Both the position numbers and the translations under genes were made by a program. A stretch of DNA of 64,000 nucleotides from Dehalococcoidia bacterium. GTDB lineage: Bacteria > Chloroflexota > Dehalococcoidia > Bin125. Where the stretch lies: positions 2,560,001 through 2,624,000 of the forward strand of contig OY820591.1 in NCBI GenBank assembly GCA_963555985.3. The letters are read 5' to 3'. This document shows positions 18,961 to 28,376 of the stretch, piece by piece. Each line of letters opens with the position of its first letter. Within the stretch, counting starts at the first letter, position 1. The notes under the pieces are model-generated. The model was given only the letters and a program-made list of their open reading frames with translations. It had not been told where the DNA came from and searched no databases.

Positions 18961-20001
18961 ATGCGGCGCGCGGCCTGGAACGCTGACGCCACCCTGAGTC
19001 TGATCGACGAACCCAATCTCGAACCGGGCGAGGGCGAAGTCGTAGTCCGCGTCATCAACGAGGGCATCTGCGGTACCGATCTCCACTCATACCGAGGGCA
19101 TATGCCCCCAGAAGCGGGCCGAACCCCGGGTCACGAGATCGGCGGGATCGTCAGCGCGATCGGAGCCGGCGTCGACCATGTGCGCGAAGGCGACATCGTT
19201 GGTATCGAACCGTTGCTGCGCTGCGGCGCCTGCAACTTCTGCACGAGGGGCCACTACAACCAGTGCCAGATCGCGGGCGGATTGATCGGCCTCCACGTCA
19301 ACGGCGGTATGGCGCAGGAGGTGCTTGCGCCCGCGCCTGCTGTCTTCGCAGCGCCGGCGGGCGTTGACGCGGAGCTCGCCGCCATCGCCGAACCGCTGGC
19401 CTGCGCCGTACACGGCTTCAATCAGATCAACCTGGGCCAAGGCGAGACGGTCCTGGTGATCGGTGCAGGCACGATCGGCCTCACCGCACAGCTCGCGGCG
19501 CAGGCCGCCGGTGCAAACGTGATCGTCCTCGCCCGCCACCCGCACCAGCAGGAGGCCGCCCGCCGCCTGGGAGCAGCCGAAGTCCTCAGCGAAGACGAAG
19601 CCAGCCAGCGGCGGCTGGCGGAGCTGACCGACGACGACGCCCTCGATGTCGTGGCCGAATGCGTCGGCGGCCACGCCGACACGATTCGCCAAGCGGTCGA
19701 TGTCGTCGCCCGCCTTGGCCGCGTGCTCGTCCTCGGCCTCTTCGCGATCGACAGCGCCGCCTTCAACCCGTTCACACTCATGCTCCGAGAGATCACGATG
19801 ACCGGCTCAGTCACCTATGGAGCACCCGGAGGCCGAATCCCCGATTACCAGCAATCCCTCGACATCCTTGCCAGCTACCCCGAACAGGCCCGCTCCTTGA
19901 TCACCCATCGCTTCACCCTCGACGAGGTCAACGACGCCTTCGACACCGCCCAGGACAAAAGCTCCCACTCAATCAAAGTCCACTTGACTCCAAACACCTA
20001 A
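18961..20001 (+). CDS. Zn-dependent alcohol dehydrogenase (tandem paralogue)
   Basis: GICGTD, GHE, CGACNFCTRGHYNQC, GAGTIG; highly similar to the previous gene. Confidence 0.93.
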   Translation: MRRAAWNADATLSLIDEPNLEPGEGEVVVRVINEGICGTDLHSYRGHMPPEAGRTPGHEIGGIVSAIGAGVDHVREGDIVGIEPLLRCGACNFCTRGHYNQCQIAGGLIGLHVNGGMAQEVLAPAPAVFAAPAGVDAELAAIAEPLACAVHGFNQINLGQGETVLVIGAGTIGLTAQLAAQAAGANVIVLARHPHQQEAARRLGAAEVLSEDEASQRRLAELTDDDALDVVAECVGGHADTIRQAVDVVARLGRVLVLGLFAIDSAAFNPFTLMLREITMTGSVTYGAPGGRIPDYQQSLDILASYPEQARSLITHRFTLDEVNDAFDTAQDKSSHSIKVHLTPNT

Positions 20002-20012
20002 CAGCGGTCGAA

Positions 20013-20090
20013 ACTCTCCCCCGCACCGCGGGGGGAGATGTCACGAAGCCTGCCCCAGCGCAGGCAGGGGTGACAGAGGGGGGTCCGCCA
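20013..20090. repeat. REP-like palindrome (family A, nested module)
   Basis: CTCTCCCCCGCACCGCGGGGGGAGATGTCACGAAGCCTGCCCCAGCGCAGGCAGGGGTGACAGAGGGGGGTCC. Confidence 0.8.
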
Positions 20091-20120
20091 CTACTGTCAG
20101 GCAGCGACGTCGCAACCAAC

Positions 20121-21071
20121 TCAGAACACCGCCAGCGGATTCGCCGGACTCCCCGTCCCGCCAATGATCCGCAGCGGACTCAACACAAACTGAAACTCAT
20201 GCCGCCCAAACCGGTTCGCGGCCTCAGCCACGTCCTCGAGCTGCATGTTGTCGATCAGCCACAGACCCATATGCACGATCCCAACCGCATGAATCGGGAT
20301 CTGCAGCCCCGCATAGCCCGATGGATTCACATCAGTCGCCGTATCGGCCCCGATCACAGCTGCTCCACGCTCATGCAGCCAGGGCAGACACGCGACATGC
20401 CAGCCCGGGAATCCCGTCTCGAGCAGCGGCTCGCGCCCGATCTCGCGCTTGCGCTTCCCGTAGCCCGTTCGCAGGAGTACGGCATCGCCCTCGCGTACCC
20501 GGACACCCTGCTGCTCCTCAGCCGCTTCCAGGTCCTCCGGGAAGACACCCTCGCCGGGCTCTAACCAGTCAACCCCTTTGGCCGCCGCAACATCGAGCAG
20601 CACCCCGCGCGTGACAATCCCGTCGCGCAACTCCGTAATCGGCAGATGGGTCGCCCCGCCCAGCGAGTTGACCAGGTGCGCCGGCTGACCGTTGTACATC
20701 TTCCCGTCCCAGAAGATGTGGCACAGCCCGTCCAGGTGCGTGATCGCATACCCGTGATACACGAGCCCAAAGAACTCCAGCGCCCCAGCCATCCGCTGAC
20801 CACCGGCCTCAGCCGCCGCGGCCGCCGATTCACCGGTCATCACCATGAAACGCTGCGGCGTCCCCATCGCATGGTCGGGCTGATGCGTGTTCTCAATGTC
20901 CCAGGCGCACGACACCGGCACACCCTCAGTCACCAGCGCCGCCGCCGCCCGCCGAACCTCTGGCGTCACATAGTTCAGCGTCCCCAACTGGTCATCATCC
21001 CCCCAACGCCCCCAGTTCGAGAGCGAGTCCATCATCGCAATCACTTCAGCTTCAGTCGGAATGCTCGGCAT
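20121..21071 (-). CDS. Cyclase family (kynurenine formamidase-like) metal-dependent hydrolase
   Basis: NWGRWGDDDQLGTLN, THLDGLCH, RGVLLD, GTGSPANPLA. Confidence 0.9.
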   Translation of the reverse strand: MPSIPTEAEVIAMMDSLSNWGRWGDDDQLGTLNYVTPEVRRAAAALVTEGVPVSCAWDIENTHQPDHAMGTPQRFMVMTGESAAAAAEAGGQRMAGALEFFGLVYHGYAITHLDGLCHIFWDGKMYNGQPAHLVNSLGGATHLPITELRDGIVTRGVLLDVAAAKGVDWLEPGEGVFPEDLEAAEEQQGVRVREGDAVLLRTGYGKRKREIGREPLLETGFPGWHVACLPWLHERGAAVIGADTATDVNPSGYAGLQIPIHAVGIVHMGLWLIDNMQLEDVAEAANRFGRHEFQFVLSPLRIIGGTGSPANPLAVF

Positions 21072-21170
21072 CGTCGGTTCCTTTCCAGGTCGGTTTGACG
21101 CCGACAGATTAGCCGTTTGGACGACCTGTTAGCGTTGCCCCCGAGCGACCTGAAAAAGAGGAATTCAGCC

Positions 21171-22331
21171 ATGACCGACACCCCCATCCACGGACGCACC
21201 GACCCCAAATTCGACGCCGTCCGCGACGCGTTCGCCACCAACTTCGCCGAGCATGGCGAGGTCGGCGCAGCCGTCGCCGTCTACCTCAACGGCGAGCCCG
21301 TCGTCGACCTCTGGGGCGGTTGGTACTCCGACGCCCAGGAGCGCGAGTGGGACCGCAACACCCTCGTCAACGTCTTCTCCACGACCAAGGGACTCGCCGC
21401 CTTCTGCGCCCACCGCCTCGCCGAGGAGGGCCGGCTCGACTTCGATGCACCGGTGACCGAATACTGGCCTGAGTTCGGCGCAGCCGGCAAGCAGGACATG
21501 CCCGTCCGCTGGCTGATGTCCCACCGCGCCGGCATGGCCGCTGTCCGCCGGCCGCTCGTCATGGAGGACATGTTCAACTGGGACACGATGTGCGAAGCCC
21601 TGGCCGAGCAGGAGCCCTGGTGGACCCCCGGCGAGCAACACGGCTACCACGCACTCACCTACGGCTGGTTGGTCGGCGAAGTCGTCCGCCGGATCGACGG
21701 CCGCTCAATCGGTACCTACTGGCGCGAGGAATTCGCCGCTCCGCTCGGCCTCGATGCCCATATCGGCACCGGACCCGAGTTCGACGGCCGCATCTCTATG
21801 TTGATGGACGCCCCAGTCGATCCCGACGCACCGAACCTGGTCGAAATGCTGGGCGAAGACAGCGTCGGCGCCGCAGCCTTCTCCAACCCGCCGATTGCCG
21901 GTCCTGACGAGCAGAACATCACCGCCAGTCGCGGCTGGCGCGGCGCGGAAATCCCCGCTGCCAACGGTCATGCCACGGCTCGCGCGCTGGCCCGCCTTTA
22001 CGGCGGCGCCGCCAACGATGGCGAGATCGACGGCATCCACGTCATCAAGCCGGAAACCCTGGAAACCGCCATCGCCGAGCAGTCCAACGGCCCCGACACC
22101 TGCCTGATGATCCCCACCCGCTTCGGACTTGGTTTCATGCTGACGGGAGAGTTCATGCCGCTCGGACCGAACCCGCGCGCCTTCGGACACCCCGGCGCCG
22201 GAGGCTCGCTCGGCTACGGAGACATCGACGCCAACATCGGCTTCGGCTACACGATGAACCAGATGCAAAACAACCTCAGCGGAGACCCCCGAGTCATCGG
22301 CCTGATCGACGCCGTGTACGCCGCCCTCTAA
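21171..22331 (+). CDS. Serine hydrolase, beta-lactamase-like (family VIII esterase) 1
   Basis: VDLWGG, SxxK (STTK), LMSHRAG, HGYHA, IPAANG, FGHPGAGGS. Confidence 0.92.
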   Translation: MTDTPIHGRTDPKFDAVRDAFATNFAEHGEVGAAVAVYLNGEPVVDLWGGWYSDAQEREWDRNTLVNVFSTTKGLAAFCAHRLAEEGRLDFDAPVTEYWPEFGAAGKQDMPVRWLMSHRAGMAAVRRPLVMEDMFNWDTMCEALAEQEPWWTPGEQHGYHALTYGWLVGEVVRRIDGRSIGTYWREEFAAPLGLDAHIGTGPEFDGRISMLMDAPVDPDAPNLVEMLGEDSVGAAAFSNPPIAGPDEQNITASRGWRGAEIPAANGHATARALARLYGGAANDGEIDGIHVIKPETLETAIAEQSNGPDTCLMIPTRFGLGFMLTGEFMPLGPNPRAFGHPGAGGSLGYGDIDANIGFGYTMNQMQNNLSGDPRVIGLIDAVYAAL

Positions 22332-22332
22332 T

Positions 22333-22388
22333 CTCTCCCCCCGCGGTGCGGGGGGAGATGTCGCGCAGCGACAGAGGAGGTCCGCCCA
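22333..22388. repeat. REP-like palindrome (family A) between esterase paralogues
   Basis: CTCTCCCCCCGCGGTGCGGGGGGAGATGTCGCGCAGCGACAGAGGAGGTCC. Confidence 0.85.
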
Positions 22389-22405
22389 GCTACGGAGACC
22401 AAACC

Positions 22406-23596
22406 ATGACCACCCCCATCCACGGCTGGAACGACCCCAAGTTCAACCGCGTCCGCGACGCCTTCGCCGACAACTTCGAATCCCACGGCGACATCGGCGC
22501 AGCCGTCGCCGTCTACCTCCACGGCGAGCCAGTCGTCGACCTCTGGGGCGGCTGGTACGCCCCCGACCGCGACCGCGAGTGGGACCGCAACACCCTCGTC
22601 AACGTCTTCTCCACGACCAAGGGCCTGACCGCCTTCTGCGCCCATCGCCTGGTCGAAGAAGGTCGGCTCGACATCGACGCCCCCGTCGCCGAGTACTGGC
22701 CCGAATTCGCCGCCGCCGGCAAGCAGGACATCCCCGTCCGCTACCTCCTCAACCACGCCGCCGGCCTCTCCACGGTGCGCGAGCCGATCGTCGAGCAGGA
22801 CTGGTACGACTGGGACAAGATCACCGCCCTGCTCGCCGCCCAAGAGCCGTTCTGGGAACCCGGCGAAATCCACGGCTACCACGCCATCACCTTCGGCTGG
22901 CTCGTCGGAGAAGTCGTCCGCCGGATCGACGGCCGCAGCCTCGGAACCTACTTCCGCGAAGAGTTCGCCGCCCCGCTCGGACTCGATGCCCACATCGGAC
23001 TCCCGCCCGAGTACGACACCCGCACTGCCCCGGTCCTCGAAGCCCCACCCGGCGAAGGCATCGAAGACGCGCTCGCCGGAGCCCCCGACCTCTCGCAACT
23101 CGATGAAGGCAGCTTCCTCTGGGCCACGATGGCCAACCCCCCGATCCTCGATCGCATGATCGAGGTCAACAACTCCCGCGCCTGGCGAGCCGCCGAACTC
23201 CCCGCCGCCAACGGACACGCCACCGCCCGCTCACTCGCCCGCATCTACGCAGCCCTCGCCAACGGCGGTCAGATCGACGGCATCCACGTGCTCAAGCCCG
23301 AGACCGTCGAAGCCGCCACCGTCGAGCAGTACGCCGGCCCTGAGTACGTCTCCCTCCAGATGGGCCTCGAATTCCCCATGCGCTTCGCCCTCGGCTGGGT
23401 CCTCAACGAGCCCCAAACTATGCCCCTCGGACCCAACCCCAACGCCTTCGGCCACGCCGGAGCCGGAGGCTCCATCGGCTGCGCCGACCCCCAAAACGGC
23501 CTCAGCTTCGCCTACACCATGAACCAGATGAAAAACGAATTCGACCAGGACTACCGCTACTGGCGCCTACTCAAGACCGTCTACGAGTCTCTCTAA
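22406..23596 (+). CDS. Serine hydrolase, beta-lactamase-like (family VIII esterase) 2
   Basis: STTK, LLNHAAG, HGYHA, FGHAGAGGS; ATG at 22406 after GGAG. Confidence 0.92.
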   Translation: MTTPIHGWNDPKFNRVRDAFADNFESHGDIGAAVAVYLHGEPVVDLWGGWYAPDRDREWDRNTLVNVFSTTKGLTAFCAHRLVEEGRLDIDAPVAEYWPEFAAAGKQDIPVRYLLNHAAGLSTVREPIVEQDWYDWDKITALLAAQEPFWEPGEIHGYHAITFGWLVGEVVRRIDGRSLGTYFREEFAAPLGLDAHIGLPPEYDTRTAPVLEAPPGEGIEDALAGAPDLSQLDEGSFLWATMANPPILDRMIEVNNSRAWRAAELPAANGHATARSLARIYAALANGGQIDGIHVLKPETVEAATVEQYAGPEYVSLQMGLEFPMRFALGWVLNEPQTMPLGPNPNAFGHAGAGGSIGCADPQNGLSFAYTMNQMKNEFDQDYRYWRLLKTVYESL

Positions 23597-23606
23597 CCTC
23601 TCTCAT

Positions 23607-23660
23607 TTCTCCCCCCGCAGTGCGGGGGGAGATGTCACAAAGTGACAGAGGGGGTCCGGC
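23607..23660. repeat. REP-like palindrome (family A) between esterase paralogues
   Basis: CTCCCCCCGCAGTGCGGGGGGAGATGTCACAAAGTGACAGAGGGGGTCC. Confidence 0.85.
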
Positions 23661-23678
23661 CAGATCAGGAAACCAACC

Positions 23679-24842
23679 ATGACCGACGCCCCAATCCACG
23701 GACACCACAACCCCCGCTTCCACGCCGTCCGCGACGCCTTCGAGCGCAACTTCGCCGAACGCGACGAGGTCGGAGCCGCCGTCAGCATCTACCTCCACGG
23801 CGAACCCGTCGTCGATCTCTGGGGCGGCTGGTACGCCCCCGACCGCGAACGCGAATGGGACCGCAACACCCTCGTCAACGTCTATTCCTCCACCAAAGGA
23901 CTGACCGCCTTCTGCGCCCACCGCCTCGTTGAAGAAGGCAAGCTCGACCTCGACGCCCCCGTCGCCCAATACTGGCCCGAATTCGCCGCCGCCGGCAAAG
24001 AGGACATCCCCGTCCGCTGGCTGCTCTGTCACAAGGCCGGCATGGCCGCGGTCAAACGCGAGCTCGTCACCGAGGACATGTTCAACTGGGAGACCATGAC
24101 CTCCGCCCTGGCCGAACAGGAACCCTGGTGGACACCCGGCGAAAAGCACGGCTACCACGCCATGACCTTCGGCTGGCTCGTCGGCGAAGTCGTCCGCCGG
24201 ATCGACGGCCGCTCGCTCGGAACCTACTTCCGCGAGGAATTCGCCGCACCCCTGGGCCTCGACGCCCACATCGGCACCGGCCCCGAGTTCGACCCCCGCA
24301 TCTCCACCGTCATCGAACCCCAGGTCGCCGCCGAGTTCCCGCCCACCAGCGACCTCTTCGGCGACCCCGACAGCGTCGGCATCGTCGCCGTCATCAACCC
24401 GCCCGTCTTCAACCCCGGCGGACCCGCAATGGCCTCACGCCGCGACTGGCGAGCCGCAGAAATCCCCGCCGCCAACGGGCACGCCACCGCCAGAGCCCTG
24501 GCCCGCATCTACGGCGCAGCCGCCAACGGCGGCCAGCTCGACGGCATCCACCTCCTCAAGCCCGACACCATCGAGCAAGGCATCGAAGAACAGACCAACG
24601 GCCCCGACACCTGCATCGGCATCAACACCCGCTTCGCTCTCGGCTGGGCCCTCACCGGAGAGTCCACCCCCTATGGCCCCAACCCCAGAGCCTTCGGACA
24701 CCCCGGCGCCGGAGGCTCCCTCGGCTACGCCGACCTCGACGCCGGCATCGGCTTCGGCTACACCATGAACCAAATGGGAACCGAAGTCGCCCACGATCCC
24801 CGCTGCGCTGCCCTGATCGAAGCCCTCTACGAGTCGCTCTAG
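23679..24842 (+). CDS. Serine hydrolase, beta-lactamase-like (family VIII esterase) 3
   Basis: SSTK, LLCHKAG, HGYHA, FGHPGAGGS. Confidence 0.92.
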   Translation: MTDAPIHGHHNPRFHAVRDAFERNFAERDEVGAAVSIYLHGEPVVDLWGGWYAPDREREWDRNTLVNVYSSTKGLTAFCAHRLVEEGKLDLDAPVAQYWPEFAAAGKEDIPVRWLLCHKAGMAAVKRELVTEDMFNWETMTSALAEQEPWWTPGEKHGYHAMTFGWLVGEVVRRIDGRSLGTYFREEFAAPLGLDAHIGTGPEFDPRISTVIEPQVAAEFPPTSDLFGDPDSVGIVAVINPPVFNPGGPAMASRRDWRAAEIPAANGHATARALARIYGAAANGGQLDGIHLLKPDTIEQGIEEQTNGPDTCIGINTRFALGWALTGESTPYGPNPRAFGHPGAGGSLGYADLDAGIGFGYTMNQMGTEVAHDPRCAALIEALYESL

Positions 24843-24854
24843 CCACATCACCCA

Positions 24855-27800
24855 ATGCCCACCCACGAACACACCATCAACATCGCCCTCGGCGAAGTCC
24901 TCCAACAACTCCGCCCCCACAGCTGGCGCATCGTCTCCGAGCAGCTCGGACAACTCCGCGGCGGCGGACGACCCGACATCCTGATCGAAGAAGCCTCCCA
25001 GTGGCCCGTCGTGATCGAGGCCGAGCGCGCCAACCACGACAGCGCCGAGAGCGACGCCAAAAACCGCCTCGGCCGCATCGTCAACGAAACCCGCAAGCCG
25101 ATCGAGAGCGCCATCGCCCTCGTCTATCCGCCCGGCCTGCTGGAACTCGACGGCGAAGCATTGCGCCAGGCGCTCCGCGACACCGACCAGCTCGAATACG
25201 CCCTGCTCACCCGCACCCCGGGCGGCGGCCTCGAACGCTTGCCCGAAAGCGGCTGGCTCAACGGCTCCGCCCGCGACCTCGCCATGCTCGCCCACCGCGC
25301 CTCCACGCCCGCCCCCCGCGTCGAGCGCATGGGCGTCATCCTCGAACAGAGCATCGAGAACGCCGCCGCCGAATTCACCGCCCGACACCCCTCCCACGCA
25401 CCCGGCTCACTCGGCGCCGACATCGCCGCACTCCTCGGACAATCCGACGACCAAGCCGGACAAACCCGCCGCATGGCCATGACCGTCATCATCAACGCCC
25501 TCATCTTCCACGAAGCCCTCGCCCAAGCCGAGTTCTACATCACAAATCCCCAGTCCCCGCCCTCGGGTCCCCCGTCCGGCTCCCAGTCCCCGCTTCATGC
25601 GGGGACCAGCTCCACTCCCCCCTCTGCGACGGGAGCTGCCCGCTCCCCCTCCCCCTCTCCCCCCGCACCGCGAGCGGAGTCGTCACCAAGCGACAGAGGG
25701 GGGTCCCCCCGCCGACTCCAACACCTCCGCCAACTCCTACCCCCAGGCGACTTCGACCTCGACGCCCTCACCCTCGAATGGCAGGCCGTCCTCAAAATCA
25801 ACTACTGGCCCATCTTCGCCACCGCCGCAGAAATCATCCGCAAACTGCCCGAAGAGACCGCCGCCGAAGTCTTAACTCCACTGCGCAAGGGCGCCCTCCG
25901 ACTCGTCCAACGCGGACTCGCCAAATCACACGACCTCACCGGCGTCATCTTCCAGCGCCTCATCGCCGACCGCAAATTCCTCGCCACCTTCTACACCAGA
26001 CCAGCCGCCGCCGCACTCCTCGCCGGACTCGCCATCCCCGCCGACCGCGCCCCCGGCGGCGCCCAATGGGGCGACGAAGACACCATCGCCGCACTCCAAA
26101 TCGGAGACTTCGCCTGCGGCACCGGCACCCTCCTCTCCGCCGCCTACCAGCGCATCGGACTCCTCCACGAACTCCACGGCGGCGACCCCAAAACCCTCCA
26201 CGCACCCATGATGAAGCACGGACTCGTCGGCCTCGACGTCCTCAACATCGCCGTCCACCTCACCGCCGCGCAGCTAGCTGGTACGCACCCCGATGTACCG
26301 TTCGATGGCGAATGCTTGCTGACTATGCCGTACAACGAACCAGAGACAGCAGTGGGATCGCTTGAACTGCTGGTGCCACACGCGTCGCCAGACATGATCG
26401 ACGCTGCTGCTGCCGTAACCGCCGGAGGGCGAAGTCCGGAGAATATCCAGGACCTAGTGACGAAGGTAGGCCACGGCAGATTTGATCTCGTGATTATGAA
26501 CCCCCCGTTTAGTCGCGCGACATCGCACGAAGGCGGAAACATCGGACAAGGAAGCCCCGCCTTTGCCGCATTTGATACTCCACGCGAAGTGCAGCAGGCA
26601 AAACTCAAACACCTCAATCGCGTCGCCGGCAAGGGAAAGTTTGGCAACATGCGGGCTGGGTTGGGCACCCACTTCGTCGACCTCGGTTTGCGCAAGCTGA
26701 GCAATGGCGGAACGTTAGCACTCGTCTTGCCAACTACGTCGCTGAGTGGCGCTCTTTGGCAGCAACTCCGCGACGCACTCAGAGCAAACTTCGAGAACAT
26801 TACCGTCGTTAGCGTGTCCGAAGCCGGATCATTCGACCGGTCGTTCTCAGCCGACACCGGAATTGCGGAATGCCTAATCGTTGCTTCAGATAAGGGGGAA
26901 TCATGCCAATACGCGCGCTTCGTGATGCTGAATCGGCAGCCCGCCAGTACGGCGAGAGTCGACTCCATTGCTGCTGGCATTCAACACTTGACGGAGCGCG
27001 CGGATTCCGACCACCAGACCGAACCCGAAATGGATAGTCGTCAACTCTATGCCGGAAATGAATACGTAGGGCAGATCATCAGCGCACCATTGCCGATAGA
27101 CGGCCCTTGGCCGATTGCGGGCATCGACGACTTCGAACTCGTCTCCGCCGCTGCGGAACTCTGCAATGGGAGACTCGTTGAAGTTGGTAACCCTACCACA
27201 AAGCCTATTCCGATTCCGATCGTGCCTGTTCGAACAATCGCGGGTGTCGGCTTCTCCGACATGGAGATTGCGGGAGACAAACCTGACGGCGATCCTCAAG
27301 GTCCGTTCGAACTCGTTCGACCCGCTGAGTCAAATGTACCGAACTATCCAATGCTCTGGAACCATAAGGCAGCGCTTGAGAGGCACTTGACGGTCGGATA
27401 CGACTCCGAAGGACGAATAAAGCAGATCCAACGCTTGCAGACTGGGATTGACCGTGACGCTGCAACAGTGTGGGCTACAGCGACCCGTGCCCACTACAAT
27501 CGAGACCTCCGTTTCAACTCCCAATCGCTGACTGTAGCGATGACGGAACGCAAGTGCATCGGAGGCCGAGCATGGCCCTCCGTGATCTTGCACGACCCGA
27601 ACCACGAGTACGCGTTCTCATTGTGGTGCAACTCCACGCTCGGGCTCTTGACTCACTGGTGGGTCACTAACAAGTCGCAAGACGGCCGCGGCACAACAAC
27701 CGTCACCGGCATCCCTAACATCCCAACCCTCGACACCCGAGCCCTCACCAAAGCCCAACACGCCGAAGCCAAGAAACAATTCCAAGCCCTCGCCAACACC

Positions 27801-28031
27801 CGCTTCCTCCCCTTCGACCAAATCGACGAAGACCCCGCCCGAGCCAAACTCGACCGAGCCATCCTCGTCAACGTCCTCAATCTCCCCAACTCCCTAGTCG
27901 CCCCCAACGGCCCCATCGACCTCATCCGCCGCAAACTAGCCCAAGAACCCCAAATCCACGGAGGCAAAAAGTCCCGAGTCCTCTTCACCCCCAACGGCGA
28001 GCGCTCCGTCAAGCGGGACGACCGCGCCTGA
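24855..28031 (+). CDS. Type IIG/IIL-like restriction-modification fusion protein (nuclease-like N-terminus, gamma-class N6-adenine methyltransferase, target recognition region)
   Basis: RPDILI..VIEAE N-terminus, FYTRP (motif X), DFACGTG (motif I), VIMNPPF (motif IV), LALVLP. Confidence 0.85.
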   Translation: MPTHEHTINIALGEVLQQLRPHSWRIVSEQLGQLRGGGRPDILIEEASQWPVVIEAERANHDSAESDAKNRLGRIVNETRKPIESAIALVYPPGLLELDGEALRQALRDTDQLEYALLTRTPGGGLERLPESGWLNGSARDLAMLAHRASTPAPRVERMGVILEQSIENAAAEFTARHPSHAPGSLGADIAALLGQSDDQAGQTRRMAMTVIINALIFHEALAQAEFYITNPQSPPSGPPSGSQSPLHAGTSSTPPSATGAARSPSPSPPAPRAESSPSDRGGSPRRLQHLRQLLPPGDFDLDALTLEWQAVLKINYWPIFATAAEIIRKLPEETAAEVLTPLRKGALRLVQRGLAKSHDLTGVIFQRLIADRKFLATFYTRPAAAALLAGLAIPADRAPGGAQWGDEDTIAALQIGDFACGTGTLLSAAYQRIGLLHELHGGDPKTLHAPMMKHGLVGLDVLNIAVHLTAAQLAGTHPDVPFDGECLLTMPYNEPETAVGSLELLVPHASPDMIDAAAAVTAGGRSPENIQDLVTKVGHGRFDLVIMNPPFSRATSHEGGNIGQGSPAFAAFDTPREVQQAKLKHLNRVAGKGKFGNMRAGLGTHFVDLGLRKLSNGGTLALVLPTTSLSGALWQQLRDALRANFENITVVSVSEAGSFDRSFSADTGIAECLIVASDKGESCQYARFVMLNRQPASTARVDSIAAGIQHLTERADSDHQTEPEMDSRQLYAGNEYVGQIISAPLPIDGPWPIAGIDDFELVSAAAELCNGRLVEVGNPTTKPIPIPIVPVRTIAGVGFSDMEIAGDKPDGDPQGPFELVRPAESNVPNYPMLWNHKAALERHLTVGYDSEGRIKQIQRLQTGIDRDAATVWATATRAHYNRDLRFNSQSLTVAMTERKCIGGRAWPSVILHDPNHEYAFSLWCNSTLGLLTHWWVTNKSQDGRGTTTVTGIPNIPTLDTRALTKAQHAEAKKQFQALANTRFLPFDQIDEDPARAKLDRAILVNVLNLPNSLVAPNGPIDLIRRKLAQEPQIHGGKKSRVLFTPNGERSVKRDDRA

Positions 28032-28049
28032 GCCTCTCCACTCCGTTCC

Positions 28050-28272
28050 CCGCTTTCCCCCTTGCGGAGACGTGCGCACAATCCCAAATTCCGTCATTCC
28101 AGGCTTGACCTGGAATCTCGTCCGGAATTGCGGGCTATCTGGTTGGAGCGAGATTCCAGCGTTCGCTGGAATGACGAGAGCAACGGGAATCTGATGTACG
28201 CGCAACTCCCCTTGCGGGGGAAGCTGCCGAAAGCCTGCCCCGCACTTGATGCGGGGGCTGAAGGGGGTCCCG
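28050..28272. repeat. REP-like palindromes (family B pair plus family A)
   Basis: GTCATTCCAGGCTTGACCTGGAATC...GATTCCAGCGTTCGCTGGAATGAC; CTCCCCTTGCGGGGGAAGCTGCCGAAAGCCTGCCCCGCACTTGATGCGGGGGCTGAAGGGGG. Confidence 0.75.
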
Positions 28273-28376
28273 CTCCTCGACGATCGCACTGGGATCGTTC
28301 GCGGGTATCCTTGACAACCCGGTCCGAGATCGCTATCCGACAACGAAAGCGCAAGCGCTGACACGAGGGAACAAGA

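Noticed and set aside
21171-24842. Calling the serine hydrolases true beta-lactamase resistance genes
   Set aside because: No signal peptides; motifs (VDLWGG, HGYHA, FGHxGAGGS) fit cytoplasmic family VIII esterases
24128-26365. 745-aa alternative-frame ORF and similar long Arg/Pro-rich or antisense ORFs (e.g. 30506-32755, 55186-57141, 13012-14376)
   Set aside because: Shadow ORFs from high GC and skewed codon use, overlapping genes with clear family motifs
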